From NCBI GenBank assembly GCA_947478525.1, contig CANJVU010000007.1:33920-97919 (forward strand): a stretch of DNA of 64,000 nt. Reading direction: 5' to 3'. Source of the DNA: Thiotrichales bacterium (GTDB lineage: Bacteria; Pseudomonadota; Gammaproteobacteria; Francisellales; CACEW01). Position numbers and translations under genes: made by a program. The notes beneath the pieces were generated by a model. The model saw only the letters and a program-made list of their open reading frames with translations. It did not search any database and had not been told where the DNA came from. Shown here piece by piece: positions 49,780-60,353 of the stretch; positions within the stretch are counted from its first letter, which is position 1; the number at the start of each line of letters is the position of its first letter.

Positions 49780-51296
49780 GTTTTAACATGCAAAGAATGC
49801 TGCGATTATGGCGTTTTAAAAAGGCTGAGATTGTCCATTTTTTTGAGAATACTTTTATTGTTTACTCAAGAGCGAATAAAGTTTTTTGTGAATCAGATGG
49901 TAAGAAAATATTGTTCAAGCTACCGCTTCCCATATTGCTGTCTGTCCTGAGTAAATTTAGGTTGATGCGTAGAATGCTGCGTCTTGATAAAATGAATGTA
50001 GTCGTTTCCCTAGATAAGCATTTTTTGGTGATTATTTACCATTACAAAGTTTATAAATTCTGTTTGCAAAAGCAAACGCTTACCCCCACTTTATTTCTTA
50101 AAAATTGCCGTAATGTTCTGCATCAATCGATTTTGGTACAAGAAGATCGTATAGTCTTTGGTGAATATGTGGCTAATAAAGAGCGAGTGTCGGTGCCGGT
50201 TTGGCAGTCAGTAGATCGGGGTGAAACCTGGCAGAATATATACACCTTTCCAGCGAAAACCGTTAAGCATGTTCATGGAGTATATCAAGACCCAATTTCG
50301 AACAATATTTTTATTACTACCGGAGATTTTCAAAATGAAAGTTATCTTTTTGAATTTAATTCCTCATTTCAGTTGCTTAATCAGTTTGGGGATGGCTCGC
50401 AGCTGTATCGCACGGTAGGGTTGTTTTTTACTGTAGATTATCTTTATTGGATTATGGATAGCCAGCTAGAAACTTCTTACTTAATTAAATTTGATCGTAA
50501 AACCAAAAAAATTGAGCAGCTTAGAGATTTTCCAGGCCCAGTGTGGTATGTGAAAACATTATCAGATGGAACGTATTTGGCAGCGACTACGCGAGAAATA
50601 GGGAAAGGGGTTAAAACCAATTGCGCCCATCTTTTTGTTTCAAAAGATCTTGAGCAATGGGAGGATGTATTACAGTTGGAGCATGATGGATTGCCCATCC
50701 GTTTTTTTAAATCTGGCATTATTGGTTTTGCAGAAGGCAGACAGAGCAGTAAAAAGTTTTTTATTTTTGGTGAAGCATTGAAGAATTGTGATGGTAGGGT
50801 ATACCTTTGTTGTTTAGAAGGGTTGGAAAATGAGGATAAAAAAGCACTGAATCATCTGATATTGGAGTATGTTAGTAACAGAGCGGTTGCTGTGCCATCG
50901 CGGTTATTGCCACCGCTGTTCTCTCCCCCTAAAGGCAAGTTTTGCGAATTTTCGGAAACAGATTTTTACCAACTGTGCGCGCATTGCCTGGCATCAGAAG
51001 CGCTGGAGGGGCCTCTTTGGGAATGGCTTGAAAAAATCAGAAATTTTTTAGAGAGTAATATATTCAGAATTCATGCTATTATGGAGAAGCGCTTTCTGAT
51101 AGAGCAAGTTTCAAAACGTAGATTGTTATTAGAGTGGTTTACTGCTTTGATGTTTTTGGCTTCCTCGAAATATAGAGATGATGCTTATACAAATATTTTC
51201 TTGAAATTAGCAAAAATGGTTAATAAGCCTGATTTTTTAGCGCCATCGCTACAGGTGGGTTATCAAGCTTTTATCAATAACATTGGGAAAAAATGA
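49776..51296 (+). CDS. Hypothetical protein with an Asp-box (BNR)-like motif, possible beta-propeller N-domain plus helical C-domain
   Basis: WQSVDRGETWQNI fits the SxDxGxTW Asp-box, and a weaker second box is VSKDLEQWEDV. No family recognised. GTGA overlap with the upstream gene. Confidence 0.4.
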   Translation: MSFNMQRMLRLWRFKKAEIVHFFENTFIVYSRANKVFCESDGKKILFKLPLPILLSVLSKFRLMRRMLRLDKMNVVVSLDKHFLVIIYHYKVYKFCLQKQTLTPTLFLKNCRNVLHQSILVQEDRIVFGEYVANKERVSVPVWQSVDRGETWQNIYTFPAKTVKHVHGVYQDPISNNIFITTGDFQNESYLFEFNSSFQLLNQFGDGSQLYRTVGLFFTVDYLYWIMDSQLETSYLIKFDRKTKKIEQLRDFPGPVWYVKTLSDGTYLAATTREIGKGVKTNCAHLFVSKDLEQWEDVLQLEHDGLPIRFFKSGIIGFAEGRQSSKKFFIFGEALKNCDGRVYLCCLEGLENEDKKALNHLILEYVSNRAVAVPSRLLPPLFSPPKGKFCEFSETDFYQLCAHCLASEALEGPLWEWLEKIRNFLESNIFRIHAIMEKRFLIEQVSKRRLLLEWFTALMFLASSKYRDDAYTNIFLKLAKMVNKPDFLAPSLQVGYQAFINNIGKK

Positions 51297-52108
51297 TGGA
51301 TAAGCCGGTCGCCGTTTTCTCTCCCAACCCTTATAGCATGTTTTCAATTGCCACTCTAGAGTTATTGATTCGTAGTGGGGTTCCAGTAGAAACAATTTTT
51401 GTAAGGAGTTTGTTTAACCCCAAAAGATTTATACAAGAATACCGGCAAAATGGTTATCGTTTTTTGAGGAAAATTTATCGAAAACTGATCCTTCGTTCCA
51501 GTGGATTAAAAACGGTGTCTACGGATGATATGACGATCATGAGAATGATGCAGCAAGAAAATATAAAAGGAAAAAATTTATGGGTGCTTGCTCAACAGTA
51601 TAATATTCGCATTATCTCCGTTGCAGACTACGCTGATGCTAAAGTAGAGCAGTCATTAAAGACTGACCCTGTGGCCTGTGTGGTTTTTACGGGGGGAGGT
51701 ATTGTACCGGAAAAAGTGATTGAAGCATCTGGTCTGGGGGTGATCAACTGTCACATGGGTATTTTACCCTATTATCGGGGAATGGATGTAGTGGAATGGC
51801 CTTTGTTAGAGAAAAAATTTGAATTGATTGGTATGACTACACATTTGATGGTTAAATCTATTGATATGGGTCCGATTATTGAAACGGTTTTAGTGGATGG
51901 TAAACGTTTTCAACATATTGCACAGCTTAGAAATTTTTTAGAGAGTCAAATGCCATTAATACTGGTGAGAGCAACAAGAAATCTCCTTAATAATACGGCA
52001 GCTTTGAAACCGCAGCGCGTTTCTGACGGGCGTCTTTATTTTAAAATGGATTCTCATCTTCTGGCTATCGCAGAAAAAAATTTAAAAAACTATTATCATG
52101 AAACTTAG
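51293..52108 (+). CDS. Formyltransferase-fold protein (Fmt/PurN N-terminal-domain-like)
   Basis: VINCHMGILPYYRGMDVVEW parallels the (N.H.SLLP..RG) formyltransferase motif, and the downstream IGMTTHLMVKSIDMGPII parallels the catalytic Asp region. Confidence 0.55.
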   Translation: MMDKPVAVFSPNPYSMFSIATLELLIRSGVPVETIFVRSLFNPKRFIQEYRQNGYRFLRKIYRKLILRSSGLKTVSTDDMTIMRMMQQENIKGKNLWVLAQQYNIRIISVADYADAKVEQSLKTDPVACVVFTGGGIVPEKVIEASGLGVINCHMGILPYYRGMDVVEWPLLEKKFELIGMTTHLMVKSIDMGPIIETVLVDGKRFQHIAQLRNFLESQMPLILVRATRNLLNNTAALKPQRVSDGRLYFKMDSHLLAIAEKNLKNYYHET

Positions 52109-52130
52109 TAATTAACAAAGGTAGTGATCC

Positions 52131-54293
52131 ATGAAACAAATTCTTCAACAATTGAACACTGGAAAAATAGAGATACTGGAGATCCCCTGCTCAAAACCGT
52201 CCGCTGGTCAGCTGTTAATACAAAGTAAATGTTCGCTGATTTCTGCGGGTACTGAGCGTATGTTGCTCAATTTTGGCAAAGCAGGCTTGATTGGCAAGAT
52301 CAAACAACAGCCTGATAAAGTGAAACAGGTCTTGGAGAAAGTGAAAACCGATGGATTGTTCACTACGATAGAAGCGGTAAAATCCAAACTGGATCAGCCA
52401 ATTCCACTGGGATATTGCAATGTTGGCCGAGTGTTGGAAGTTGGTTCAAGTGTAGAAGGGTTTATGATTGGCGATCGGGTGTTGTCTAATGGTGCGCATG
52501 CGGAGTTGGTGCGTGTGCCAAAAAATTTGTGTGTTAAGATTCCCGATTCAGTTGCTGATGAATCTGCGGTGTTCGGGGTGCTTGGTGCCATTGGGTTACA
52601 AGGTATTCGCTTGGCACAACCAACTCTCGGTGAAAGTGTTGTTGTATTGGGTCTTGGGTTAATTGGATTACTGACGGTTCAGTTACTGCAAGCGCAAGGT
52701 TGCCGAATTTTGGGTGCAGATTTTGATCCAGCTAAACTGGCATTGGCGAAACAATATGGTGCGGAAACAGTGGACTTATCGCAGGGTGAAGATGTTCTTG
52801 CGCGGGCGCTGGCATTTTCACGAGGTCATGGGGTGGACGTGGTTTTAATTACCGCGTCGACTAAAAGCAGCGATCCTGTGCATCAGGCTGCTTTGATGTG
52901 CCGTAAACGCGGTAGAATTGTATTGGTTGGTGTGACGGGTCTTGAATTATCACGGGAAGATTTTTTCAAGAAAGAATTAAGTTTTCAGGTTTCTTGCTCT
53001 TATGGCCCTGGGCGGTATGACCCAGAGTATGAAGACAAAGGACATGATTATCCGATTGGTTTTGTGCGCTGGACTGAACAACGTAATATTGAGGCTGTAC
53101 TGGATATGATGGCAGCATGTCGCATCGACGTGCAATCATTAATTAGTCATCGATTTTCGATTGATCAAGCAGAACAGGCATATCAAGCGCTTGATTCTGA
53201 TCCAAGTGTGTTAGGAATTGTTTTAAACTACCCACAAGTCATTGCAATGGAGAAACAGGTTTTATTATCTACTCCTGCTTTTATAAAGCGTTCAGGTGCA
53301 GCTCCAGTGGCAGCATTTATTGGTGCTGGTAATTACGCCAGCCGGATGTTGATTCCAGCATTTAAAAAAGCCGGTATTCATTTGCATAGCATAGTTTCAG
53401 GTCAAGGTGTCAGCGCAGTAGTGCATGGTAAAAAAAATGGTTTTGAAATAGCTACAACGGATTACGAGACGGTGCTGCAAAATTCAGTTATTAATACTGT
53501 GGTTATTGCTACGCGCCCTAATCAACATGCACAACAAACCATTCAGGCGCTTAAAGCAGGTAAACATGTGTTTGTAGAAAAGCCGTTGGCCATTCATGAA
53601 GGAGAACTACAGCAAATCAGCACGGTTTATCAAGAGACGGCACAACAATTCCCAGGGCAAAAATTGATGGTGGGATTTAATCGTCGTTTTTCACCACAGG
53701 TTCGAAAAATCAAACAACTCCTCAATACAGTAAAAACACCTAAATATCTTGTTATGATGGTGAATGCAGGCTTTATGCCAGATGATAATTGGACGCATGA
53801 CCCACAAATAGGAGGGGGGCGTTTTATTAGCGAAGGCTGTCATTTTATTGATTTGTTGCGTTTTTTGGTAGGAGCAACGATTACAGATACACAAATATCA
53901 GCCATGTCACCTGAAACTAGTATAGTGCCCAAAAATCAAAACATTACTGTTACCCTTAAATTTGCCGATGGCTCGCTTGGTACTGTTCATTATTTTGCTA
54001 ATAGCCATAAACGAGTATCTAAAGAGCGCTTAGAAATTTCGGCTGCAGGAAAAGTGTTGCAACTCGATAATTTTAGAAAATTGGTTGGTTATGGCTGGAC
54101 TGGGTTCGGTAAATCTGGGTTTAGTAAAATGTCGTTATGGAAACAAGACAAAGGTCAATCGCAAGCGGTGAAAGCATTTGTTGATGCCATTCAAAATGGT
54201 ACTGATTCCCCCATCGTTTTTGAGGAGTTGTTTGAGGTGTCAAATGTTTGTCTTGAGTTAAATCAACGTTTGATGCAGAGTGGCAAATCATAG
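52131..54293 (+). CDS. Bi-domain oxidoreductase (MDR/alcohol-dehydrogenase-like N-domain + Gfo/Idh/MocA C-domain)
   Basis: The N-half has an MDR pattern (GYCNVGRVLEVG, GLGLIGLL). The C-half has a Gfo/Idh/MocA Rossmann AFIGAGNYASRMLIPA and KHVFVEKPLA. Confidence 0.8.
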   Translation: MKQILQQLNTGKIEILEIPCSKPSAGQLLIQSKCSLISAGTERMLLNFGKAGLIGKIKQQPDKVKQVLEKVKTDGLFTTIEAVKSKLDQPIPLGYCNVGRVLEVGSSVEGFMIGDRVLSNGAHAELVRVPKNLCVKIPDSVADESAVFGVLGAIGLQGIRLAQPTLGESVVVLGLGLIGLLTVQLLQAQGCRILGADFDPAKLALAKQYGAETVDLSQGEDVLARALAFSRGHGVDVVLITASTKSSDPVHQAALMCRKRGRIVLVGVTGLELSREDFFKKELSFQVSCSYGPGRYDPEYEDKGHDYPIGFVRWTEQRNIEAVLDMMAACRIDVQSLISHRFSIDQAEQAYQALDSDPSVLGIVLNYPQVIAMEKQVLLSTPAFIKRSGAAPVAAFIGAGNYASRMLIPAFKKAGIHLHSIVSGQGVSAVVHGKKNGFEIATTDYETVLQNSVINTVVIATRPNQHAQQTIQALKAGKHVFVEKPLAIHEGELQQISTVYQETAQQFPGQKLMVGFNRRFSPQVRKIKQLLNTVKTPKYLVMMVNAGFMPDDNWTHDPQIGGGRFISEGCHFIDLLRFLVGATITDTQISAMSPETSIVPKNQNITVTLKFADGSLGTVHYFANSHKRVSKERLEISAAGKVLQLDNFRKLVGYGWTGFGKSGFSKMSLWKQDKGQSQAVKAFVDAIQNGTDSPIVFEELFEVSNVCLELNQRLMQSGKS

Positions 54294-54308
54294 CTTAAGA
54301 GAGAAACC

Positions 54309-55502
54309 ATGAAGAAAATTTGTGTCATAGGATTGGGTTATATTGGGTTGCCCACTGCATCATTATTGGCTACCAAAGGATTTGATGTATTGGGTGTGGA
54401 TATTCGTGCTGATGTAGTAGAAAAACTCAATCGCGGTGAAATTCACATTGTTGAACCAGGGTTAGATGTTCTGGTGAAGTCTGCCGTGCATTCCGGTAAT
54501 TTTAAGGCCAGTCCCAAACCGGCATTGGCAGATATTTTTATTTTAGCAGTACCCACGCCATTTCATGAAGACAAAACGCCTGATATTACCTATGTCGAAG
54601 CAGCAACGCGCAGCATTGCACCGTTTTTGGCAGAAGGTAATTTGGTGATTCTGGAGTCGACTTCGCCAGTTGGAACGACGGCACATATACAAAAAATTAT
54701 TTCTACAATGCGACCGGAATTAAAAAATATTTACTATGCACATTGCCCTGAGCGGGTGATTCCAGGAAAGGTATTGCAAGAGTTGATTGAAAATGATCGA
54801 GTGGTCGGTGGGGTAGATGCAGAATCTACCGAAAAAACCGTAGCATTTTATCGTGGCTTTGTTGCGGGCAAAGTTTTGGCTACCGATGCCAAAACCGCTG
54901 AAATGTGTAAACTCACTGAAAATGCCTTTCGCGATGTGAATATCGCCTTTGCTAATGAGTTATCATTGATTTGCGACAAGCTCAATATCAACGTCTGGGA
55001 GTTAATTCGTTTAGCGAACCATCATCCGCGGGTTAAAATTTTACAACCTGGTCCTGGTGTCGGCGGGCATTGTATTGCGGTAGATCCTTGGTTTATTGTG
55101 GCCTCGGCGCCAGAGGTATCACCATTGTTGCGCACCGCGCGTCAGGTGAATGATGGTAAGCCGGAATGGGTGATTGCCAAAGTGACGGCAGCAGCAGCTA
55201 AATTTAAAAACCCTGTCATTGCCTGTTTGGGCGTGGCATTTAAAGCAGATATTGACGACTTGCGTGAGTCACCGTCATTAATGATTGCCGAGCGATTACG
55301 CGATGCTAATATTGGCCAAGTATTGGTATGTGAACCCAATGTAAATCAATTGAAGGGATTTGAATTGGTGGATCTTGAAACCGCGATTTTACGTGCGGAT
55401 ATTCTGGTGATCTTGGTGGATCATCAGCCATTTAAAATCTTGGAAAAACAACAGGTTAGGGGCAAGGTGGTAATTGATACCAAAGGGATTATTCGGCCAT
55501 GA
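54309..55502 (+). CDS. wecC: UDP-N-acetyl-D-mannosamine dehydrogenase
   Basis: Collinear by eye with E. coli WecC: ICVIGLGYIGLPTA, NRGEIHIVEP, AVPTPF, AEMCKLTENAFRDVNIAFANELSLIC, QPGPGVGGHCIAVDPWF. Adjacent to wecB. Confidence 0.88.
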   Translation: MKKICVIGLGYIGLPTASLLATKGFDVLGVDIRADVVEKLNRGEIHIVEPGLDVLVKSAVHSGNFKASPKPALADIFILAVPTPFHEDKTPDITYVEAATRSIAPFLAEGNLVILESTSPVGTTAHIQKIISTMRPELKNIYYAHCPERVIPGKVLQELIENDRVVGGVDAESTEKTVAFYRGFVAGKVLATDAKTAEMCKLTENAFRDVNIAFANELSLICDKLNINVWELIRLANHHPRVKILQPGPGVGGHCIAVDPWFIVASAPEVSPLLRTARQVNDGKPEWVIAKVTAAAAKFKNPVIACLGVAFKADIDDLRESPSLMIAERLRDANIGQVLVCEPNVNQLKGFELVDLETAILRADILVILVDHQPFKILEKQQVRGKVVIDTKGIIRP

Positions 55503-56629
55503 TAAAAGTTTTGTCAATCGTAGGCACCCGCCCTGAAATCATTAAAATGGCGCCGGTGATTCAGCAGTTGCAAAAAACGTCTAGCATCGTCTCGCAAGTA
55601 TGCACAACCTCGCAACACCGCACGATGCAAGATCAAATGATGCAGTTATTTGGGTTGAAAGCAGATTACGATTTGGATGTAATGAAACCTAATCAGGATT
55701 TGTTTTATCTCACCAGTGAAATGTTGGTGCGGTTACAAAGTGTATTGCAGCAAGCTAAGCCAGATTTGGTGTTGGTGCAAGGCGATACCACCACCAGTTT
55801 TGTTGGTGCTTTAGCTGCATTTTATTGCCAGATTCCTGTAGGGCATGTCGAAGCGGGGCTGCGTACGCATAATTTACTGGCACCATTTCCGGAAGAAGCC
55901 AATCGCCAGTTGACTGGCCGCTTAGTCACGATGCATTTTGCACCGACGGAAACCTCCAAGCGTCATTTATTACAGGAAGGCGTTGCTGAAAATCGTATTT
56001 GGGTGACCGGTAATACCGTGATTGATGCACTATTATGGATGCGTCAGCATTTGAATCTCAATCGAATTAAAGCGGCTTTGCCAGGCAATATCTTGCAACT
56101 GATTGAGCAACAAAAACCGTATGTGTTAATTACCGGCCATCGCCGTGAAAATTTTGGTGAAGGCTTTTTGTCCATTTGTCGAGCGATTCAAATTTTGGCA
56201 ACTCGTTATCCAAAATGGAATTTTGTCTATCCCGTGCATTTAAATCCCAATGTGCGTAAACCAGTTTTTGATTTGTTGGCAGGGTATGCCAATATTCATT
56301 TGATAGAACCAGTCGACTATGAACCGTTTGTGCATTTAATGGATCATTGCAAAATTGTATTGACCGATTCAGGTGGGGTGCAAGAAGAAGCGCCATCACT
56401 GGGTAAGCCGGTATTGGTGATGCGTGAAGTCACTGAGCGTCCGGAAGGGATTGAAGCGGGCACTGCTAAATTAGTAGGTACTGCAGAGGCTACGTTGATT
56501 GCCGCAGTGTCTGAGTTGATTGATGATCCACTGGCGTATCAACGCATGGCCAATGCGGTGAATCCTTATGGCGATGGTACCGCAGCACAGCAGATTGTGA
56601 ATCATATTACTGGCCACTTGTTGTTATGA
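55499..56629 (+). CDS. wecB: UDP-N-acetylglucosamine 2-epimerase (non-hydrolysing)
   Basis: KVLSIVGTRPEIIKMAPV...VLVQGDTTT...HVEAGLRT...PFPEEANR...TDSGGVQEEAPSLGKPVLVMR. Confidence 0.95.
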   Translation: MIKVLSIVGTRPEIIKMAPVIQQLQKTSSIVSQVCTTSQHRTMQDQMMQLFGLKADYDLDVMKPNQDLFYLTSEMLVRLQSVLQQAKPDLVLVQGDTTTSFVGALAAFYCQIPVGHVEAGLRTHNLLAPFPEEANRQLTGRLVTMHFAPTETSKRHLLQEGVAENRIWVTGNTVIDALLWMRQHLNLNRIKAALPGNILQLIEQQKPYVLITGHRRENFGEGFLSICRAIQILATRYPKWNFVYPVHLNPNVRKPVFDLLAGYANIHLIEPVDYEPFVHLMDHCKIVLTDSGGVQEEAPSLGKPVLVMREVTERPEGIEAGTAKLVGTAEATLIAAVSELIDDPLAYQRMANAVNPYGDGTAAQQIVNHITGHLLL

Positions 56630-58512
56630 AATATCATCGACGCCTAGATCAACTGCATACGTTATTTCGATTGAGTATGGTCAATATTCTACGTGTTGCG
56701 ATCTATCGATTAAAAATGAAGTTTAGATATTATCAATTTCGTTTGCCGATTAAGGCTTGGCGATTGCAGATGCGCGATTGTTTTTCCTCAGCATCTTCTG
56801 TTGAGTTAGCAAGTTCATCTTCTGCTGAGCAATTTGTGGAAAATGTTAATCGTATCATGGCGGGTGAGTGGTGTTTTTATTTTTATCATTGGTTTAAAAG
56901 CGACGCACTTCCTTCATGGACCTGGTGTCCGTTTGCTCAAAAACAATGGTCAGCGACTCAAGCGCATTGGTCAAGGTTATCGTTTTTTGCAAAACCAGGG
57001 GAGGATATAAAAAATATCTGGGAACTATCGCGGTTTTATTGGGCACCGCAATTGGCGTTGGCGTACCGTTTAACCGGTCAATCAGAATATCAAATACGAC
57101 TGAATCAATTGATCGAACATTGGTGTGTTGTAAATACTCCACAGAAGGGGTATCAGTGGTTATGTGCGCAAGAAACCGCCATTCGATTAATTAATTTTCT
57201 ATTGGCAGATCATTTGATTCATGTTGATAAGACGCCGCCTTCATTGGTTGCCGTTGAGTTTGTTGAAACCCACGTCAGACGGATTTTATTGACCATGTCC
57301 TATGCAATTGCACAAGACAATAATCATGCCACCAGTGAAGCAGCAGCACTCTATATTGCAGGTGCTTGGTTATCATCACATAATCCTTCTTCTTTACTTG
57401 GCAGGCGGGCGCTATTAAAAGGAACGTATTGGCTAGAAAATCGAGTGCAACGGTTAATTGCACAGGATGGAACGTTTTCTCAATATTCGGTTACCTATCA
57501 TCGACTTTTGGTGGATACGTTATCGCTATGTGTTTGGGCGCGGTGTAGGCAAGAATTGCCAGAGTTCTCGGTAATATTTTATCAACGCTATCGCGCTGCT
57601 TTTGAATGGTTGAGAAACTTGGTGGATCCTGTATCAGGAGACGCCCCCAATCTGGGTGCTAATGATGGTGCATTGCTCTTCAAATTAGACGGTGGTGATT
57701 ATCGAAATTTTCGTCCTAGCTTGCAATTGGCTTCTGTACTGTTAGACCAGAAAAAATTATATCAAGCAGGTCCCTGGGATTTACCTTTGACTGCATTGGG
57801 AATAGCCTATGAATCATTGCCCATTGCGGTGAGCATAATAGCTTCTGTAGCGTTTGCTGATGGTGGGTTTGTTAAATTACAGCATGCCAATCATTGGGCA
57901 TTACTGCGTTATCCCCAGTTTCGTTTTCGCCCTGGCCATGCTGATGCTTTTCATGTTGATTTATGGATGGATGGTCGCAACGTTTTGCAAGATGTGGGCA
58001 GTTATAGTTATAACCCTGTTGGTTCTAGTGGACTTGAGTTTAAAGGAGTGGCTGCACACAATACCATTCAATTCGATGATCATGAACAAATGCCCGTATT
58101 ATCTCGGTTTTTATGGGGGGCTTGGTTGAAAAGTAACGTATTGCATCCTTTGAAAGATTCAAAAGAATTAATGTCTTGGTGTGGGAAATATCAGGACTAT
58201 CAGGGTGCGCAACATCAGCGTGAAATACGCCAAACCGCAAACGGCTATTGCATTAAGGATTGTGTATCTGGCTATCAACAGCAAGCAGTGCTGCGTTGGC
58301 ATGTCTGCTCAGGAGATTGGTTGCCAGAGGAAGATGGTTGGCGATTGGGTAAAGTTAAGTTGTTGATTTATGTCGGTGGTAAAATAGCACTGCCCGTATT
58401 GCGCGAATCCTGGCATTCTTTATACTATCAGCAGAAACAATTAAGGCCAGTGTTTGAAGTATCATTACCTGCATCGGAAGCAGTAGTGAAAACATTGATT
58501 GAGTTGGAGTAA
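56626..58512 (+). CDS. Heparinase II/III-family (alginate-lyase-fold) protein
   Basis: IWELSRFYWAPQLALAY...QWLCAQETAIRLINF (alpha/alpha toroid part), and C-terminal HADAFHVDLWMDG...AHNTIQFD typical of heparinase II/III-like proteins. Confidence 0.75.
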   Translation: MKYHRRLDQLHTLFRLSMVNILRVAIYRLKMKFRYYQFRLPIKAWRLQMRDCFSSASSVELASSSSAEQFVENVNRIMAGEWCFYFYHWFKSDALPSWTWCPFAQKQWSATQAHWSRLSFFAKPGEDIKNIWELSRFYWAPQLALAYRLTGQSEYQIRLNQLIEHWCVVNTPQKGYQWLCAQETAIRLINFLLADHLIHVDKTPPSLVAVEFVETHVRRILLTMSYAIAQDNNHATSEAAALYIAGAWLSSHNPSSLLGRRALLKGTYWLENRVQRLIAQDGTFSQYSVTYHRLLVDTLSLCVWARCRQELPEFSVIFYQRYRAAFEWLRNLVDPVSGDAPNLGANDGALLFKLDGGDYRNFRPSLQLASVLLDQKKLYQAGPWDLPLTALGIAYESLPIAVSIIASVAFADGGFVKLQHANHWALLRYPQFRFRPGHADAFHVDLWMDGRNVLQDVGSYSYNPVGSSGLEFKGVAAHNTIQFDDHEQMPVLSRFLWGAWLKSNVLHPLKDSKELMSWCGKYQDYQGAQHQREIRQTANGYCIKDCVSGYQQQAVLRWHVCSGDWLPEEDGWRLGKVKLLIYVGGKIALPVLRESWHSLYYQQKQLRPVFEVSLPASEAVVKTLIELE

Positions 58513-58516
58513 ACCA

Positions 58517-59770
58517 TTGCGCGTTTTATATATACATCAATACTTCACCACTGCTCAAGGGGCAGGGGGGACGCGTTCTTATGAATTTGCCAAGGCGCTG
58601 ATTGCACGTGGACATTCGGTAACGATGTTGTGTGGTTCGGCGCAACGTGGCGTTACAGGGCTCACGCAGCCTTTTTCAAAAGACAAGCGTCAAGGCCTGG
58701 TCGAAGGGATTGAGGTCATAGAAATTGATTTGGCTTACTCTAACTATGATGGCTTTTTTAAACGTGCCCTGAAATTCATGAAGTTTATTTATAAAACTTT
58801 GCAGATTGTTTTGACGGGAAAATATGATTTACTCTATGCCACTTCTACGCCTTTAACCGTTGCTATTCCTGGTATTTTTGCCAAAATTTTTCGCCGTAAG
58901 CCATTTGTGTTAGAAATACGCGACTTATGGCCAGAACTCCCAAAGGCTATGGGGGTAGTGAAGAATCCTTTGGTGTTGAGTGGGCTAGGGTTATTGGAGC
59001 GGATGGCCTATCGTTTTGCCGATGTAGGTGTTGGTCTTTCTCCCGGAATTTGTGAAGGGATGGCTCGATTTGGTACTTTACCAAAAGATAAAATCACCTT
59101 AATCCCTAATGGCTGTGATATCGAAATTTTCCAAAAAAATGAGCCCATGGATGAGGGTAATATTCCACTCTTGTTAAGAGAATTGCTCGCTACAAAATTT
59201 ACCGTTGTTTTTTGTGGTGCACATGGCTTGGCCAATGGGTTGGATGCAGCGTTAGACGCTGCTGCGCGATTACAAAAACAGGGTTTGCATCATATCGCGT
59301 TGATTTTTATTGGAGATGGGAAAAGTAAGCCACAACTAATGGAGCGAGTCAAAAAAGAAGCATTAACCAATAGTTATTTTTTTGATCCTATTGCTAAAAC
59401 TGCTTTGAGTTGGGTATTGCAAAGAGCTGGTATTGGGATGATGCTGTTAAAAAATATTCCTGCCTTTTATTACGGGACTTCGCCCAATAAATTTTTTGAT
59501 TATATTGCCAGTGGCTTGCCGGTATTGAATAATTATCCGGGCTGGGTAGCAGAGTTAATTGCGGAAACTCAATGCGGTATTGTAGTGCCACCTGATGCAT
59601 CTGAGGCATTTGCCAATGCTTTGATTGATTTTTCAAAGTTAAGTAAAACGCAATGGCAAGTGTTTTCGCATCGTGCTTTACAGTTGGCAAAAGAGAGATT
59701 CAATCGGGAAGCTTTATCGGCAAAATTTGTAATGGTGTGTGAGCAGGTTTATGATCAAAAGAATCGTTGA
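58517..59770 (+). CDS. Family 4 glycosyltransferase (WbuB-like)
   Basis: (L/M)[22 protein letters not shown] is the WbuB-type N-terminus. Inferred TTG start at 58517, 7 nt after GGAG. GT4 C-domain with E..G(.)VVPP. Confidence 0.85.
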   Translation: MRVLYIHQYFTTAQGAGGTRSYEFAKALIARGHSVTMLCGSAQRGVTGLTQPFSKDKRQGLVEGIEVIEIDLAYSNYDGFFKRALKFMKFIYKTLQIVLTGKYDLLYATSTPLTVAIPGIFAKIFRRKPFVLEIRDLWPELPKAMGVVKNPLVLSGLGLLERMAYRFADVGVGLSPGICEGMARFGTLPKDKITLIPNGCDIEIFQKNEPMDEGNIPLLLRELLATKFTVVFCGAHGLANGLDAALDAAARLQKQGLHHIALIFIGDGKSKPQLMERVKKEALTNSYFFDPIAKTALSWVLQRAGIGMMLLKNIPAFYYGTSPNKFFDYIASGLPVLNNYPGWVAELIAETQCGIVVPPDASEAFANALIDFSKLSKTQWQVFSHRALQLAKERFNREALSAKFVMVCEQVYDQKNR

Positions 59771-60353
59771 TTTATTGTTGGCGACTTTTTTGCTGATTAT
59801 ACTTAGCTGGTTATTGCTGATTGTTTATATTTTAGTGGTTTGTTTTTTAGGAACGCCAGGGCTATTTCACCAGCAGAGGCCTGGGCTGCACGAGAAAATC
59901 TTTACCGTTTATAAATTTCGTACTATGAATGACAAACGAGATGAGGCTGGTGATTTACTGCCAGACCATATTCGATTAACCAAGTTTGGTCAGTTTCTTC
60001 GTAAAGCCAGTTTAGATGAGTTGCCCCAACTATTTAATGTATTAAAAGGCGATATGAGTTTTATTGGCCCTCGCCCTCTGTTAATCGAATACTTGCCATT
60101 GTATAATGCCCATCAGAAGCATCGTCATAAAGTTCGGCCAGGGATTACTGGGTGGGCGCAAGTGAATGGTCGAAATGCCATTTCTTGGGACGAAAAGTTT
60201 AGACTGGATGTCTGGTATGTTGACCATCAATCGTTTTGGCTGGATATGAAAATCTTTTGGTTGACGGCTAAAAAAGTGTTTAAGCGAGAAGGAATTAGCC
60301 AGGCTGGACAAGCGACGATCGAAAGGTTTTATGGTGATAAAAAGGAGTTGTGA
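59751..60353 (+). CDS. Small monotopic undecaprenyl-phosphate sugar phosphotransferase (PglC/WbaP-C-terminal type)
   Basis: [17 protein letters not shown]...FHQQRPG...VYKFRTM...[24 protein letters not shown]...[10 protein letters not shown]. Confidence 0.9.
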   Translation: MIKRIVDLLLATFLLIILSWLLLIVYILVVCFLGTPGLFHQQRPGLHEKIFTVYKFRTMNDKRDEAGDLLPDHIRLTKFGQFLRKASLDELPQLFNVLKGDMSFIGPRPLLIEYLPLYNAHQKHRHKVRPGITGWAQVNGRNAISWDEKFRLDVWYVDHQSFWLDMKIFWLTAKKVFKREGISQAGQATIERFYGDKKEL

